Source of the DNA: Bacteroides fragilis
GTDB lineage: Bacteria; Bacteroidota; Bacteroidia; Bacteroidales; DTGW01
Direction of reading: 5' to 3'
DNA: 64,000 nt
Assembly (NCBI GenBank): GCA_945889005.1
Contig: CAMDBI010000008.1
Location: 10,473 to 74,472 of the forward strand
The notes under the pieces were generated by a model that saw only the letters and a program-made list of their open reading frames with translations, searched no databases and was not told the DNA's origin. Below, in pieces: positions 1 to 10,090 of this stretch. Numbering within the stretch: the stretch's first letter is position 1; every line of letters starts with the position of its first letter. The translations under genes were made by a program, and so were the position numbers.

Positions 1-68
1 TCCAAAAGAAACATTTCGAGCACCCGTTGGGCTTCCTGCAAATCTTGAATAATTATATCTTTTGACAT
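1..68 (-). CDS. Partial CDS, N-terminus only (gene continues off the left edge); function not assignable
   Basis: ATG at 68-66 on the minus strand reads MSKDIIIQDLQEAQRVLEMFLL to the window edge and is divergent from mutL. It faintly resembles N-termini of GmhA-type SIS proteins, but 22 aa is too little to call. Confidence 0.35.
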   Translation of the reverse strand, partial: MSKDIIIQDLQEAQRVLEMFLL

Positions 69-166
69 GTTAAATTTTTTCAGCTTTTCAGACTGTCTTG
101 TATTGCAAAAGTAAAAATATCGACCAAATAAACTACCTTTGAGAGCTAAAATTCGACTTTCAAACT

Positions 167-2002
167 ATGTCAGACATTATCAATCTTTTACCCGATTCGG
201 TAGCCAACCAGATAGCAGCTGGTGAAGTGGTTCAAAGACCAGCCTCGGTTGTAAAAGAACTGATAGAAAACTCGGTAGATGCATCTTGCACGTCAATAAA
301 TATTGTAATTAAAGACGCAGGACGCACCCTCATTCAGGTTATCGACAATGGCAAGGGAATGAGCGAGACCGATGCTCGTATGGCTTTCGAACGGCATGCA
401 ACTTCAAAAATCCACAATGCAAACGACTTATTTGCCTTGAGTTCGTATGGTTTTAGAGGCGAAGCATTGGCCTCTATTGCAGCAGTAGCTGAAGTGTCGT
501 TGCGAACAAAACGCGCTATCGACGAAACAGGAACAGAAATAGTGATTTCCGATTCACGAGTACACTCCCAAACCATTTGCACCTGCCCTTCCGGATGCAA
601 TTTCGAAGTAAAAAATCTGTTTTTCAATGTTCCGGCTCGTCGCAAATTTTTAAAATCAAACACTACAGAGTTTCGATACATATTATCGGAGTTTCAGCGA
701 GTGGCTTTGGCTTATCCGCAAATTGCATTTAGCCTGACTCACAACTCGCTCGAAATGTACAATTTGCCAGCAACTCATATCCGACAACGAATTGCTCATT
801 TATTTGGGAAAAATTTTAATCAATTCCTGATCGACATTAAATCTGAAACATCTGTAGCCCAAATTTCGGGCTTTATCGGGAAACCCGAGTGCTCCAAAAA
901 GAGCTATGGCGACCAGTTTATGTTTGTCAATAACCGATTTATGAAGCATAGTGGCTTTCACAGAGCCATAACTGACGCTTACAGCCGACTCATTGCCTCC
1001 GACGATATTCCTGTTTACTTTATCTTTTTTCAAATTGAACCTGAGAAAATTGATGTAAATATTCATCCTACAAAAACGGAAATAAAATTTGAAGACGAAC
1101 AAGTTGTTCGACAAATTCTTCATGCAACCGTTAAAGAGGCTCTTGGCAAATTCAACATTGTACCTTCTATCGATTTCGAAACCGACACATCGATCGATAT
1201 TCCTGTGTTAAACCGAAACAGTATTTTCGAAGCTCCTCAAATAAATCTGACACCCAATTACAACCCCTTCGACACCAACTCAAATGGCGGAAGTTCAACA
1301 TATCAAAGACATCAAGCGCCCAATGAACAAGACAATTTGAATAATTGGGAAAAACTATATGACGGATTTGAAAATAAAAAAATAGCCTTTCCCAGTGAAG
1401 ATATTGACCAGAATTCAAAGCTATTTGCCAATACAAATCAGCCTCCTGTAAGTCTAATGCAATTGAAGAACCGGTTTATTCTTTCGGCAGTAAAATCGGG
1501 CCTAATGCTTATTGACCAAAAACGAGCGCACGAACGCATATTATTTGAGCGATACATGGCAGTGCTTACCAATAGTTCTGTCGAAAGTCAGCAAAACATG
1601 TTCCCCGAAGCCATTGAGCTATCGCCCGACGCTTATGGCATAATAGCCTCATCGATCGATAGGGTCAATCAAACAGGATTCAGCATCAGCAATTTGGGCA
1701 ACAATACCATTGCAGTAAATGCCTATCCAGCTCATTTGCACAATCCCGACATAAAATCGCTGATCGAAAAATTGGCTCAGGCATTGATCGACAACAAAAA
1801 CCAACTCTATGAGCAAATCGAAACCATAGCCCTGTCGTTGGCAAAAGCTTCGGCAATAGACTATGGGCGAGTGCTCCGAAACGAAGAAATGACCGAATTG
1901 GTCGATCAACTTTTTGCCTGCCAAAGCCACAACCATACGGCCGATGGCAAAGCAATCATGTCGATTATTGAAATGAACGAAATTGAAAAACGATTTAAAT
2001 AA
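167..2002 (+). CDS. mutL: DNA mismatch repair protein MutL
   Basis: 611-aa ORF with N-terminal GHKL ATPase motifs (AAGEVVQRPASVVKELIENSVDA, DNGKGM, GFRGEAL) and a MutL-type C-terminal region. Confidence 0.95.
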   Translation: MSDIINLLPDSVANQIAAGEVVQRPASVVKELIENSVDASCTSINIVIKDAGRTLIQVIDNGKGMSETDARMAFERHATSKIHNANDLFALSSYGFRGEALASIAAVAEVSLRTKRAIDETGTEIVISDSRVHSQTICTCPSGCNFEVKNLFFNVPARRKFLKSNTTEFRYILSEFQRVALAYPQIAFSLTHNSLEMYNLPATHIRQRIAHLFGKNFNQFLIDIKSETSVAQISGFIGKPECSKKSYGDQFMFVNNRFMKHSGFHRAITDAYSRLIASDDIPVYFIFFQIEPEKIDVNIHPTKTEIKFEDEQVVRQILHATVKEALGKFNIVPSIDFETDTSIDIPVLNRNSIFEAPQINLTPNYNPFDTNSNGGSSTYQRHQAPNEQDNLNNWEKLYDGFENKKIAFPSEDIDQNSKLFANTNQPPVSLMQLKNRFILSAVKSGLMLIDQKRAHERILFERYMAVLTNSSVESQQNMFPEAIELSPDAYGIIASSIDRVNQTGFSISNLGNNTIAVNAYPAHLHNPDIKSLIEKLAQALIDNKNQLYEQIETIALSLAKASAIDYGRVLRNEEMTELVDQLFACQSHNHTADGKAIMSIIEMNEIEKRFK

Positions 2003-2010
2003 CAATTTTT

Positions 2011-2817
2011 ATGTTTAACAACATTCCTCCAGTTGTCCGAAACTTATTGATCATAAATGTAATAATGCTATTGGCTACTTTAACCATTAGAGCCATGTAT
2101 GGAATTGAACTTGCCGATTGGTTGGGCTACCACTATCCGCTTTCCGAATCTTTTAAGCCTTTTCAGTACGTTACTTACATGTTTTTACATGCCGACTTTT
2201 TTCATTTGTTTTTCAACATGTTTGCCCTATTTATGTTTGGTCGCATATTGGAACAAGTTTGGGGTGGAAAACGTTTTTTCTTATATTATATGGTCACCGG
2301 AATTGGGGCAGTATTGGTTCAAACCGTTGTAAATTATTTCGAATATAAAGAATTATTTGAAGCTGCTGCAGCTTTTGCAAACAATCCAACTCCAAAAGCA
2401 TTGGATGTTTTTGTAAACCAAAATTTCAAAGAATATTACGATCAAGTTTACAACAAGGTTTTGTCAGCATGGAGCGACGACCCCTCAAATTCCTTGCTAA
2501 TAATGAGAGCAGCGGATTTTGTCAACGATCTGGTAGAAATGCGCATCGATATACCTACAGTAGGAGCTTCTGGAGCTGTATTTGGCGTACTGCTTGCATT
2601 TGGAATGTTGTTTCCCAATACAGAGCTTATGTTGCTTATTCCGCCAATGCCTATAAAAGCCAAATATATGGTCATTATCTATGGTGTACTCGAATTGTTT
2701 TTGGGTGTGGCAGATTTACAAAGCAATGTGGCACATTTTGCACATTTGGGCGGTATGCTTTTTGGCTTCTTTCTTATTTTATATTGGAATAAAAACAAGC
2801 GCGACACATTTTATTAG
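2011..2817 (+). CDS. Rhomboid family intramembrane serine protease
   Basis: 268-aa polytopic ORF with HADFFHLFFNM (HxxxxHxxxN), the catalytic-Ser motif GASGAVFG and the His motif AHLGGMLFG. Confidence 0.85.
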   Translation: MFNNIPPVVRNLLIINVIMLLATLTIRAMYGIELADWLGYHYPLSESFKPFQYVTYMFLHADFFHLFFNMFALFMFGRILEQVWGGKRFFLYYMVTGIGAVLVQTVVNYFEYKELFEAAAAFANNPTPKALDVFVNQNFKEYYDQVYNKVLSAWSDDPSNSLLIMRAADFVNDLVEMRIDIPTVGASGAVFGVLLAFGMLFPNTELMLLIPPMPIKAKYMVIIYGVLELFLGVADLQSNVAHFAHLGGMLFGFFLILYWNKNKRDTFY

Positions 2818-2820
2818 ACC

Positions 2821-3765
2821 ATGGCTATTAGGTACTTAAGAAGCAACGAGATCGACTTTTCGGCATGGAACAAGTGCATAGAAAATGCAATTAATGGCAG
2901 CATTTTTGCCTACACCTGGTACCTCGAAATAGTTTCGCCCAAGTGGGAAGCTCTTGTTGAAGACGATTACAAAAGCGTAATGCCAATACTTTCTACGAAA
3001 TTTTTCGGATTTAAAATTTTCACACAATCGAAATTCGTTTATTTTTCGGGTATTTATTCCAATTTGCTTATCGACAAGCATCTTACTGAAAGATTTTTAA
3101 GCAAACTTCCGAAAGAATTAACTAATATTAATATCAATCTCAACAAATACAACCGCATTGACGAATCAAATTCGATAGTTGCCGGCAAAAAAAACATTTT
3201 CGAGCTTGATATTATTCGAAAATATACTTTTTTGAGAAACCAATACCACCCTTGGCTCGAAAAAACTCTTCAAAAAATTGAAAAAAACAATATCAATATC
3301 ATTAGCGGTATTCAGAGCAATGAATTGGTAAATCTTCACCTCAAAAATTCGAAATATTCTTTTTTCTCCTTAAAAGAATCTGAAATAAAAAAATTTAGAC
3401 TGCTCACGTCTATAACATTGAGAAACAATACAGGCGAAATTATTGGAGCCTACAGCAACAATGTATTGCAAGCAGCTGCTGTTTTTGTATCGTCGCACAA
3501 CAATGTACACTTACTTTTCTATGCACAAACACGCAATGGTTTCAAATCGAAATTACTCTATTCGATTGTCGATTTTTTTATTAAAAAACATGCAGAAAAA
3601 AACATTACTATTTCAGTTTATCCTACTGGCCGTCTTTCGAAATATTTCGATCTAAAAATGTATGGTGCACAGCTTACTGAGCATTTTTGCCTTTATCAGA
3701 ATTGTTTGCCATGGTACCTCAAGCATATCTTAAAAAAACTTGGCAATCTGAAAAACTTCATATAA
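2821..3765 (+). CDS. Conserved hypothetical protein, function unknown
   Basis: 314-aa ORF starting 3 nt after the rhomboid stop, with coding-like composition. I cannot name a motif with confidence (possibly a FemAB/GNAT-like fold). Confidence 0.6.
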   Translation: MAIRYLRSNEIDFSAWNKCIENAINGSIFAYTWYLEIVSPKWEALVEDDYKSVMPILSTKFFGFKIFTQSKFVYFSGIYSNLLIDKHLTERFLSKLPKELTNININLNKYNRIDESNSIVAGKKNIFELDIIRKYTFLRNQYHPWLEKTLQKIEKNNINIISGIQSNELVNLHLKNSKYSFFSLKESEIKKFRLLTSITLRNNTGEIIGAYSNNVLQAAAVFVSSHNNVHLLFYAQTRNGFKSKLLYSIVDFFIKKHAEKNITISVYPTGRLSKYFDLKMYGAQLTEHFCLYQNCLPWYLKHILKKLGNLKNFI

Positions 3766-3837
3766 ATTTGCCAAAGCTTTTGAAATGCCGAAAACTATTC
3801 ATTTACAATATATTAAATCAAATAATTACATAACAAG

Positions 3838-5070
3838 ATGAAAGAAGCAGTAGCTATTTTGTGCGCAGGAGGTCCAGCTCCCGGTATCAATACCGTGATC
3901 AGTAGTGTTACAAAAATCTTTTTAAGCAACGGATACCGTGTGCTTGGTTTAAACGAAGGTTACAAAACCTTGTTTACCGAAAATCCAAACTTTTTTGAAC
4001 TTTCGTTCGAATTTGCAGACGATATCTACACTCGTGGTGGATCGGCATTGCGCATGAGTCGCTACAAACCAAAAGACAGCGAGTTTAAAGTTGATTTTTT
4101 CAGCAAAAACAATGTAAAATTGTTGGTTACCATTGGTGGCGACGATACCGCTTCGTCGGCAAGTCGTTTGACTCGTTTTTTGTTGTCGAACAACCTACAA
4201 ATACAAAACATACACGTACCAAAAACTATCGACAACGACCTTCCATTATCTGAAGGAACACCTACATTTGGCTACCATTCTGCAAAAGAAGAAGGTGTAC
4301 AAATTGCAACCACTATGTACGAAGATGCTCGCACTAGCGGCAACTGGTTTATAGTATCTGCAATGGGTCGCGAAGCAGGTCATTTGGCATTTGGTATTGG
4401 TACAGCATGTCACTATCCTATGATTATAATTCCAGAAATGTTCAACAAAACAGAACTTACAATTGATAAGATTGTAAATCTTTGTATTTCTGCAATGCTT
4501 AAACGAAAACTTCTTGGAATTGAATATGGTGCAGCAATCATTAGCGAAGGTATATTTCACTTCTTGAGCGATACTGAAATTCTTAATACCGGCATACAAT
4601 TTACATTCGACGATCACGGACACCCCGAATTAGGAAATGTGAGTAAATCGCATATTTTCAACGTACTTATTCAAAAGAAACTTCACGAATTAGGCATCAA
4701 AATTAAGAGCCGTCCAAACGAACTTGGATACGAGCTCCGTTGCTGCCGTCCAATTGCATACGACCTTACTTATGCTACTATGCTTGGCTTAGGTGTATAC
4801 CAATTGTTCAAAGAAGGAAAAACAGGCTGTATGGTTAGCACCAATAGTGGTGGCAATATAGCTCCATTGTATTTGAAAGATGTATCTGACGAAAATGGCA
4901 AAGTAATTCCTCGTTTGGTAAACATCAACTCAAATAAAGTTCAGTTGATCCTCAACAACAATATGCACTTCATTACAAAAGACGATTACGAAGCAGCCAA
5001 ACGTTTTGTAGCCAACCCAGCAGATTTCGATTTCTACAAAATATTAAATTGGGAAGCTCCTAAGAAATAA
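3838..5070 (+). CDS. pfp: Pyrophosphate-dependent 6-phosphofructokinase (diphosphate--fructose-6-phosphate 1-phosphotransferase)
   Basis: 410-aa PFK-family ORF (CAGGPAPGINTVI). It has GGDDT rather than GGDGS and PKTIDND rather than PGTIDND; Asp and Lys at these two positions are the established PPi-versus-ATP discriminators. Confidence 0.85.
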   Translation: MKEAVAILCAGGPAPGINTVISSVTKIFLSNGYRVLGLNEGYKTLFTENPNFFELSFEFADDIYTRGGSALRMSRYKPKDSEFKVDFFSKNNVKLLVTIGGDDTASSASRLTRFLLSNNLQIQNIHVPKTIDNDLPLSEGTPTFGYHSAKEEGVQIATTMYEDARTSGNWFIVSAMGREAGHLAFGIGTACHYPMIIIPEMFNKTELTIDKIVNLCISAMLKRKLLGIEYGAAIISEGIFHFLSDTEILNTGIQFTFDDHGHPELGNVSKSHIFNVLIQKKLHELGIKIKSRPNELGYELRCCRPIAYDLTYATMLGLGVYQLFKEGKTGCMVSTNSGGNIAPLYLKDVSDENGKVIPRLVNINSNKVQLILNNNMHFITKDDYEAAKRFVANPADFDFYKILNWEAPKK

Positions 5071-5080
5071 TTTTATTAAA

Positions 5081-5134
5081 CGCTAGGGCAAGTTTGAGCA
5101 TTTATAATGTTTTAAAGTGCCTTAGCGTTTTTTT
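5081..5134 (+). terminator. Candidate intrinsic terminator downstream of pfp
   Basis: Stem CGCTAGGGCA (5081-5090) pairs with TGCCTTAGCG (5118-5127, one G-U) and is followed by a T-run at 5128-5134. The loop is large (27 nt), so confidence is moderate. Confidence 0.45.
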
Positions 5135-5212
5135 CTAAAAAAGTAAATAATTTTATTGCAGAGAATAAAAAATTATATACTTTTGCACCACCAAAAATTA
5201 AAAAAAACTTTT

Positions 5213-5284
5213 GGCCCGTTCATCTAGGGGTTAGGATACATGGTTTTCATCCATGGTACAGGGGTTCGATTCCCCTACGGGCTA
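5213..5284 (+). tRNA. tRNA-Glu (anticodon TTC)
   Basis: 72-nt cloverleaf. Acceptor GGCCCGT/ACGGGCT, anticodon stem CATGG/CCATG with loop TTTTCAT (anticodon TTC), T-arm AGGGG-TTCGATT-CCCCT, discriminator A. Confidence 0.9.
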
Positions 5285-5298
5285 CTTACTCAAAACAA

Positions 5299-5335
5299 AA
5301 ACCCTTACAAGCTAAATACTTGCAAGGGTTTTTTC
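5299..5335 (+). terminator. Intrinsic terminator after tRNA-Glu
   Basis: ACCCTTACAAG (5301-5311) pairs with CTTGCAAGGGT (5319-5329, one mismatch). The loop is 7 nt and a T-run follows. Confidence 0.7.
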
Positions 5336-5593
5336 GTTTCTACGTACACTAAAGCGTACACTTTCCTTTTTTTACATTCGAAAAACAATTCTTTTTTAAT
5401 CAGTTAAATAATTTCTACAGTAACTCTCACATTTTCGGCATTCTATTTTGATAAGTCGGCATAACTGCAATTTTCTTCTAATACTTCACTATTTATGTCT
5501 GTTAGTCGATAGGTTTTAAAACCTTCGTTCTGAACTGCAAAAAGCAATTTATATACTTAGCATCGAATAAGACGAAAACATAGTATAATAAAT

Positions 5594-5733
5594 GCAACAT
5601 AGTTGCGACATCTTTGTAGAAAGACAATATACCAAAACAATAAGGTGCGTAGCACCGAAATAATATTTCGACACTATGTGGCTTAATAATTTTGAATAAC
5701 ATTTTTTTTACAAATATTTCGCCGCTCTGCGGC
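5594..5733. repeat. Cluster of three REP-like units, each a 5-bp stem / 3-nt loop hairpin next to an AAATAT..TTC/TACAAA box
   Basis: GCAAC-ATA-GTTGC (5594-5606) + GACATCTTTGTAG. GGTGC-GTA-GCACC (5644-5656) + GAAATAATATTTCGAC. TACAAATATTTC + GCCGC-TCT-GCGGC (5709-5733). The third unit is inverted relative to the first two. Confidence 0.55.
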
Positions 5734-5798
5734 TATTAGAAAGATATTGCAAATCTATCAAAGTAGAACTAATCAAAGTTTCATAAAAACTAGTCTCC

Positions 5799-6704
5799 CT
5801 ACCTGGTCAATTCTCCAAACACTTCTTCCAATTTCTTTTCTTTACGTTGTTGCGACAGTATTGTAAGCCCATTATCCACAGCAAAACGGAATATAATAGG
5901 TCGAATGTCTGTATCTCCTGTGGTTTCGATCAACCAAAGGTTTTCGTGTTTTTTAAGATTCGAAATTTCTACAATCGACCGTAGTTTCTCGGCATCGATA
6001 TCTTTGTCGAACTCCACCACTATGGTTTGTTGCTTGTTGGCATTGTTCATTATAGTTTGAGGAGTGTCGTTGGCTACAATCTCGCCTTTATTGATCACGA
6101 TAATGCGATCGCAAATGGCCTCAACCTCTTGCATAATATGGGTACTCATCAGAACAGTTTTCGATTTGCCAAGCTCCGATATAAGGTTTCTGATTTCGAT
6201 TATCTGGTTTGGATCGAGCCCTGTAGTAGGCTCGTCGAGAATAAGTATTGCCGGGTCGTGAACCAATGCTTGAGCTAAGCCTACACGTTGCCGATAACCT
6301 TTAGACAAGGCTCCTATCTTTTTATTGGCTTCGATACTCAAGCCTGTGGTTTGAATCATCTCTTCAACTCTGTCGCGTTTGTTTTGGCCCATGTTGTATA
6401 GCCCAGCAATAAACAACAAGTATTCGCGGACATACATATTGAGGTACAAGGGATTGTTTTCGGGCAAATATCCAATATTTTTGCGAACTTCGACTGGATT
6501 TTCGAGCACATCAATGCCATTGACCGTAACTATACCAATGGTTTGAGGTATATAGCCATTGATAATCTTCATGGTAGTAGATTTACCCGCTCCATTGGGC
6601 CCGATAAAACCAACTATTTCGCCCTTATTGAGCGTAAAAGAAATGTTATTGACTGCTAAAGATGATTTGTACGTTTTTGAAACGTTTTGAAGAACTATTG
6701 ACAT
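5799..6704 (-). CDS. gldA: ABC transporter ATP-binding protein, GldA-like (gliding-motility-associated)
   Basis: 301-aa ORF with Walker A GPNGAGKST, signature LSKGYRQRV and Walker B ILILDEPTTGLD. Length and sequence are collinear with my recollection of Flavobacterium GldA (STHIMQEVEAICDRIIVINKGEIVA). Confidence 0.8.
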   Translation of the reverse strand: MSIVLQNVSKTYKSSLAVNNISFTLNKGEIVGFIGPNGAGKSTTMKIINGYIPQTIGIVTVNGIDVLENPVEVRKNIGYLPENNPLYLNMYVREYLLFIAGLYNMGQNKRDRVEEMIQTTGLSIEANKKIGALSKGYRQRVGLAQALVHDPAILILDEPTTGLDPNQIIEIRNLISELGKSKTVLMSTHIMQEVEAICDRIIVINKGEIVANDTPQTIMNNANKQQTIVVEFDKDIDAEKLRSIVEISNLKKHENLWLIETTGDTDIRPIIFRFAVDNGLTILSQQRKEKKLEEVFGELTR

Positions 6705-7054
6705 ACTATTAAATAAATTACTCTTTGTCTAATTCGATATTGCCTCGAATTTGAAAGTAAATCATCACCAAAAATCCTATTAATACGATAGCTCCAAATA
6801 TTATTCCCCAAATCATACCTTAAAAAGTTTAAATACTTATTTTTCCTTTTTATTGATGTAATTAAAGAAATAAATATTGCTATTAAAATCAATAAACCAA
6901 TAATAAATAATAAAAAATTCAAATTGTTTTTATTGAAACTTCCTGAAAGCATCATGCTTCCAATGCCAGTTATTAAAGCAATTTCAATTAAAATATAAAT
7001 TTTGAAAATTTCTATTTCCTTTTTTAAAGCTTCTTTTAAATAATCAGAATTCAT
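6695..7054 (-). CDS. Small hypothetical membrane protein
   Basis: 119-aa ORF with an ATG start and two strongly hydrophobic segments. It overlaps the gldA start by 10 nt, and the C-terminal third looks less protein-like. Confidence 0.4.
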   Translation of the reverse strand: MNSDYLKEALKKEIEIFKIYILIEIALITGIGSMMLSGSFNKNNLNFLLFIIGLLILIAIFISLITSIKRKNKYLNFLRYDLGNNIWSYRINRIFGDDLLSNSRQYRIRQRVIYLIVCQ

Positions 7055-7098
7055 ATTTCATTCACAAAATTAATCTTAATATACAGAGAATCCAAACA

Positions 7099-7944
7099 TT
7101 AATATGATGTCGCACCATACATAAACTGCCCCATAGACGATAGACTTGTACGGGGATTAACGACCATTACTGGTATTTTGGCACTATTGGCAATAATATA
7201 TTGTTCGCTGGTGCCAAAAATAAAATCGAAAAAGGTCATATTTTTGCTGGTAACAATCAATATAAGGTCTGAATTTATATCGCGGGCAAATTTGAGCGTT
7301 TCCTTAGCAAAATCGCCTTGTGGGGCATTGTGTATTTGATAATCGAGATTGTTTTGAATCAAAAACCTAATGGCAAAGTTGAGGTTTGTGTTCACTTTTT
7401 TTACCAAAGCCGAATCAGCAACAGGGTATTTGAACAAATGAACTTTCGAATTAAAATATTTCCCCAAAAAGATAGCCCAATATAGCTTTTCTTTGTTTTC
7501 TCCTCTAAAATCGATTGGAAATACAATGTTTTGAAATTTTTCTTCGTTTTGCGGTGGTCCCTGAACGACTATAAATGGAACTTTCGATCCCAGTATTACT
7601 TTAAGGGCAAAGCTACCTGTAAGTCGCTGTACTCCAGTAATACCATGGGTGCCCATTATTACCATGTTAGCTTTGTTTTCGGTTGCATAGGTTGCAATTT
7701 TCGAAAAGATACTACCTGTAAGTACTTGAATACTTGGCCGTACACCATATCTCTCAAATGCTTCGTCTGTAACCACGCTGAGCTTCTTCATGGCATCGTT
7801 GATCTGATCGACCGATTTAACAATATGCAAGAGCTCAATCTTCTTGTCCAAAGTACGAGCAATACGTTCGGCATGTTCGAGAGCGTAAGTTGCTACGTCC
7901 GAAAAATCCCATGGGACTATGATTGTGCGGGTATCTTTTGTCAT
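7099..7944 (-). CDS. Universal stress protein (tandem UspA domains)
   Basis: 281-aa ORF with two Usp-like halves, the first carrying the MGTHGITG nucleotide-binding-type motif. Confidence 0.8.
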   Translation of the reverse strand: MTKDTRTIIVPWDFSDVATYALEHAERIARTLDKKIELLHIVKSVDQINDAMKKLSVVTDEAFERYGVRPSIQVLTGSIFSKIATYATENKANMVIMGTHGITGVQRLTGSFALKVILGSKVPFIVVQGPPQNEEKFQNIVFPIDFRGENKEKLYWAIFLGKYFNSKVHLFKYPVADSALVKKVNTNLNFAIRFLIQNNLDYQIHNAPQGDFAKETLKFARDINSDLILIVTSKNMTFFDFIFGTSEQYIIANSAKIPVMVVNPRTSLSSMGQFMYGATSY

Positions 7945-8016
7945 ACTTTACCTTATGATATTAATTCCTAAAATTATATCATAAAAAACCAATTGTCAAA
8001 AAGAAAATGATATTAT

Positions 8017-8619
8017 TTACAAAAAGAATACTGCTAATGAAACTAAGTAGCCCAAAAAGTAACCACCATACACTTGAAATGAACTGTGTTTTTGTAGTTG
8101 TAATCGGGCAAAGCCAGCTAAACCCGAAATCAAAATTCCGATAATTAAAAAAAGTGTAATATCAACATGCAAACGAAACGAAAGAGCCGACATAAGTGCG
8201 GTTAAACCTCCCAGACCAATCATGTGCGAACTAATTTTCCAGCGTAAGTTTATCAGAAAATTGATAAAAACCGCCAATGAAGCTGCTAAAAGAAATGCAT
8301 TAATAATGGGTAACGGGAAACGTCGGGTAAAGTAATATGTCATAAAATAAAGAATGCTTGTAATTAACAAAGGAAATGTGCGTTCCGATGCTTTATCGAT
8401 TTCAATATTACTTATTACCCTAAAGTATGAGAAAACTGGCACCATACTCAAAGGCAGTATAAGCGTTCCCAATATGACAATCGATATAAGAAATGTTTTT
8501 GCCTCAAAGGGCAGGTACGACATATAGTTGCCCGAGTTTAAAATAAACACCATGCCCAAAGTTGGCATTAGCAATGGGTGTAGAATAAATGAAATTATTT
8601 TAGCAATTTTGTCAGACAT
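8017..8619 (-). CDS. Polytopic membrane protein, PAP2-like
   Basis: 200-aa ORF with six hydrophobic segments. KISSHMIGLGG and ARLQLQKHSSFQVYGG resemble the PAP2 SxH and R...H..(D/Q)V..G motifs. Its start lies 1 nt beyond the rpoN stop. Confidence 0.6.
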   Translation of the reverse strand: MSDKIAKIISFILHPLLMPTLGMVFILNSGNYMSYLPFEAKTFLISIVILGTLILPLSMVPVFSYFRVISNIEIDKASERTFPLLITSILYFMTYYFTRRFPLPIINAFLLAASLAVFINFLINLRWKISSHMIGLGGLTALMSALSFRLHVDITLFLIIGILISGLAGFARLQLQKHSSFQVYGGYFLGYLVSLAVFFL

Positions 8620-8620
8620 A

Positions 8621-10087
8621 TCAGTTTAGCTCCTTTCTCAGACGAGCTACTGGCAAGTCCATTTGTTCGCGGTATTTGGCAATGGTTCGTCGGGCAATCG
8701 GGTAGCCTTTTTCTTTCAGTATATCCGTAAGCTCGTCGTCGGTTAGTGGTTTGCGTTTATTTTCGTTGGCAATACATTCTCTGAGGATGTTTTTCACCTC
8801 ATGGGTCGAAATTTCTTCGCCGCTATCGTTCTGAATACCTTCTGAGAAAAAATATTTCAGTGGGAAAACTCCAAAGTGTGTTTGTATGTATTTGCTGTTG
8901 GCAACCCTTGATATGGTAGAAATATCGAGCTCGGTCAAGTCTGCAATATCTTTCAGAATCATGGGTTTGAGTTTTTTCTCATCGCCATCTCTAAAATACT
9001 CGGTCTGAAACTCGAGAATAGCCTCCATGGTAACTAGCAGTGTCGATTGACGTTGCTTTATAGCATCAATAAACCATTTTGCCGATTCAAGTTTTTGCTT
9101 TACAAAACCAACTAGTTCCTTTTGATCTCGCGATTGAGCGGCTTTATTTTGTCTGTAACCTTCTATGAGGTCGCTGTATGATCGGCTAATACGCAACTCG
9201 GGTACATTTGAGTTGTTGAGCGACAAATACAGCTGCCCTTCTTTGATCTCGAGCAAAAAATCGGGAATTACATGTTCGCTTGCTGCTGTGTAGTGGTTGC
9301 TAAACAATGACCCGGGCTTGGGGTTGAGCCTCAGTATTTCGTCGATGGCTGCTTTGAGATCGTTGTTGTTCAAATTGAGCCTCTGAGCAATGCGGTCGTA
9401 ATGTTTCTTGGTAAATTCCTCGAAGTAATTTTTTAAAATATATTTGGCATCCTTATAAGCTTTGTCCGACGAGCTTTTCGACTCAATTTGCAACAACAAG
9501 CATTCCTGCAAATCGCGTGCTCCAACGCCTGCCGGCTCAAACTCTTGAATCTGACTAAGAATTTGAAGTAGTTCATGTTTAGTAGTTTCAATATTTTGAC
9601 TAAATGCAATATCGTCGACCATCGAGTTCAAATCGCGACGCAAATATCCATCTTCGTCGATGCTTCCGAGTATATGTAGCGCCAGTTTCAGCTCGCGGTC
9701 GTCGAGGTGAAGTTCTCCCAATTGGTTCTCGAGAAAGTCGTGAAACGAAGTCTCGGCAGTAAAAGGCATCTCTCCTTGCTTGTCGTCTGCCGAATAATTA
9801 TTAGCAGCAAGTTTGTACGATGGAATGTACTCTTCCTCGTCAAAATAATCTTCGAACGAAAATTCTTCCTGTTCGCTTGCTGCCTGATCGTCTTCTTCTT
9901 TTGTATGATCGGGTTCGGGTTTGTCGTAGTCGTCGTTTTCGCCTTCTTCCAATAAGGGGTTTTCTTCCAACTCTTTCTTTACCCTTTGCTCAAGCTGCAA
10001 CGCAGGTATCTCCAACAGCTTAATCATTTGAATCTGCTGTGGAGATAACTTTTGAAGTAATTTTTGTTGCAGCCTTTGCTTTAGCAT
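8621..10087 (-). CDS. rpoN: RNA polymerase sigma-54 factor
   Basis: N-terminal Gln/Leu-rich region (MLKQRLQQKLLQKLSPQQIQMIKLL), acidic linker and C-terminal RpoN box ARRTIAKYRE. I place the start at ATG 10087, because the 25 codons the track adds upstream are read out of a heptad repeat array. Confidence 0.93.
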   Translation of the reverse strand: MLKQRLQQKLLQKLSPQQIQMIKLLEIPALQLEQRVKKELEENPLLEEGENDDYDKPEPDHTKEEDDQAASEQEEFSFEDYFDEEEYIPSYKLAANNYSADDKQGEMPFTAETSFHDFLENQLGELHLDDRELKLALHILGSIDEDGYLRRDLNSMVDDIAFSQNIETTKHELLQILSQIQEFEPAGVGARDLQECLLLQIESKSSSDKAYKDAKYILKNYFEEFTKKHYDRIAQRLNLNNNDLKAAIDEILRLNPKPGSLFSNHYTAASEHVIPDFLLEIKEGQLYLSLNNSNVPELRISRSYSDLIEGYRQNKAAQSRDQKELVGFVKQKLESAKWFIDAIKQRQSTLLVTMEAILEFQTEYFRDGDEKKLKPMILKDIADLTELDISTISRVANSKYIQTHFGVFPLKYFFSEGIQNDSGEEISTHEVKNILRECIANENKRKPLTDDELTDILKEKGYPIARRTIAKYREQMDLPVARLRKELN

Positions 10088-10090
10088 AAA

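Noticed and set aside
5502-5702. 66-aa ORF (…FRCYAPYCFGILSFYKDVATMLH…)
   Set aside because: It spans the REP-like hairpin cluster, and its sequence is the translation of the repeats. There is no start context or coding periodicity.
5213-5798. Integrated element using tRNA-Glu as its attachment site
   Set aside because: There is no integrase or other cargo gene. I could not see a direct repeat of the tRNA 3' end downstream. The gap contains only a terminator and REP-like hairpins.
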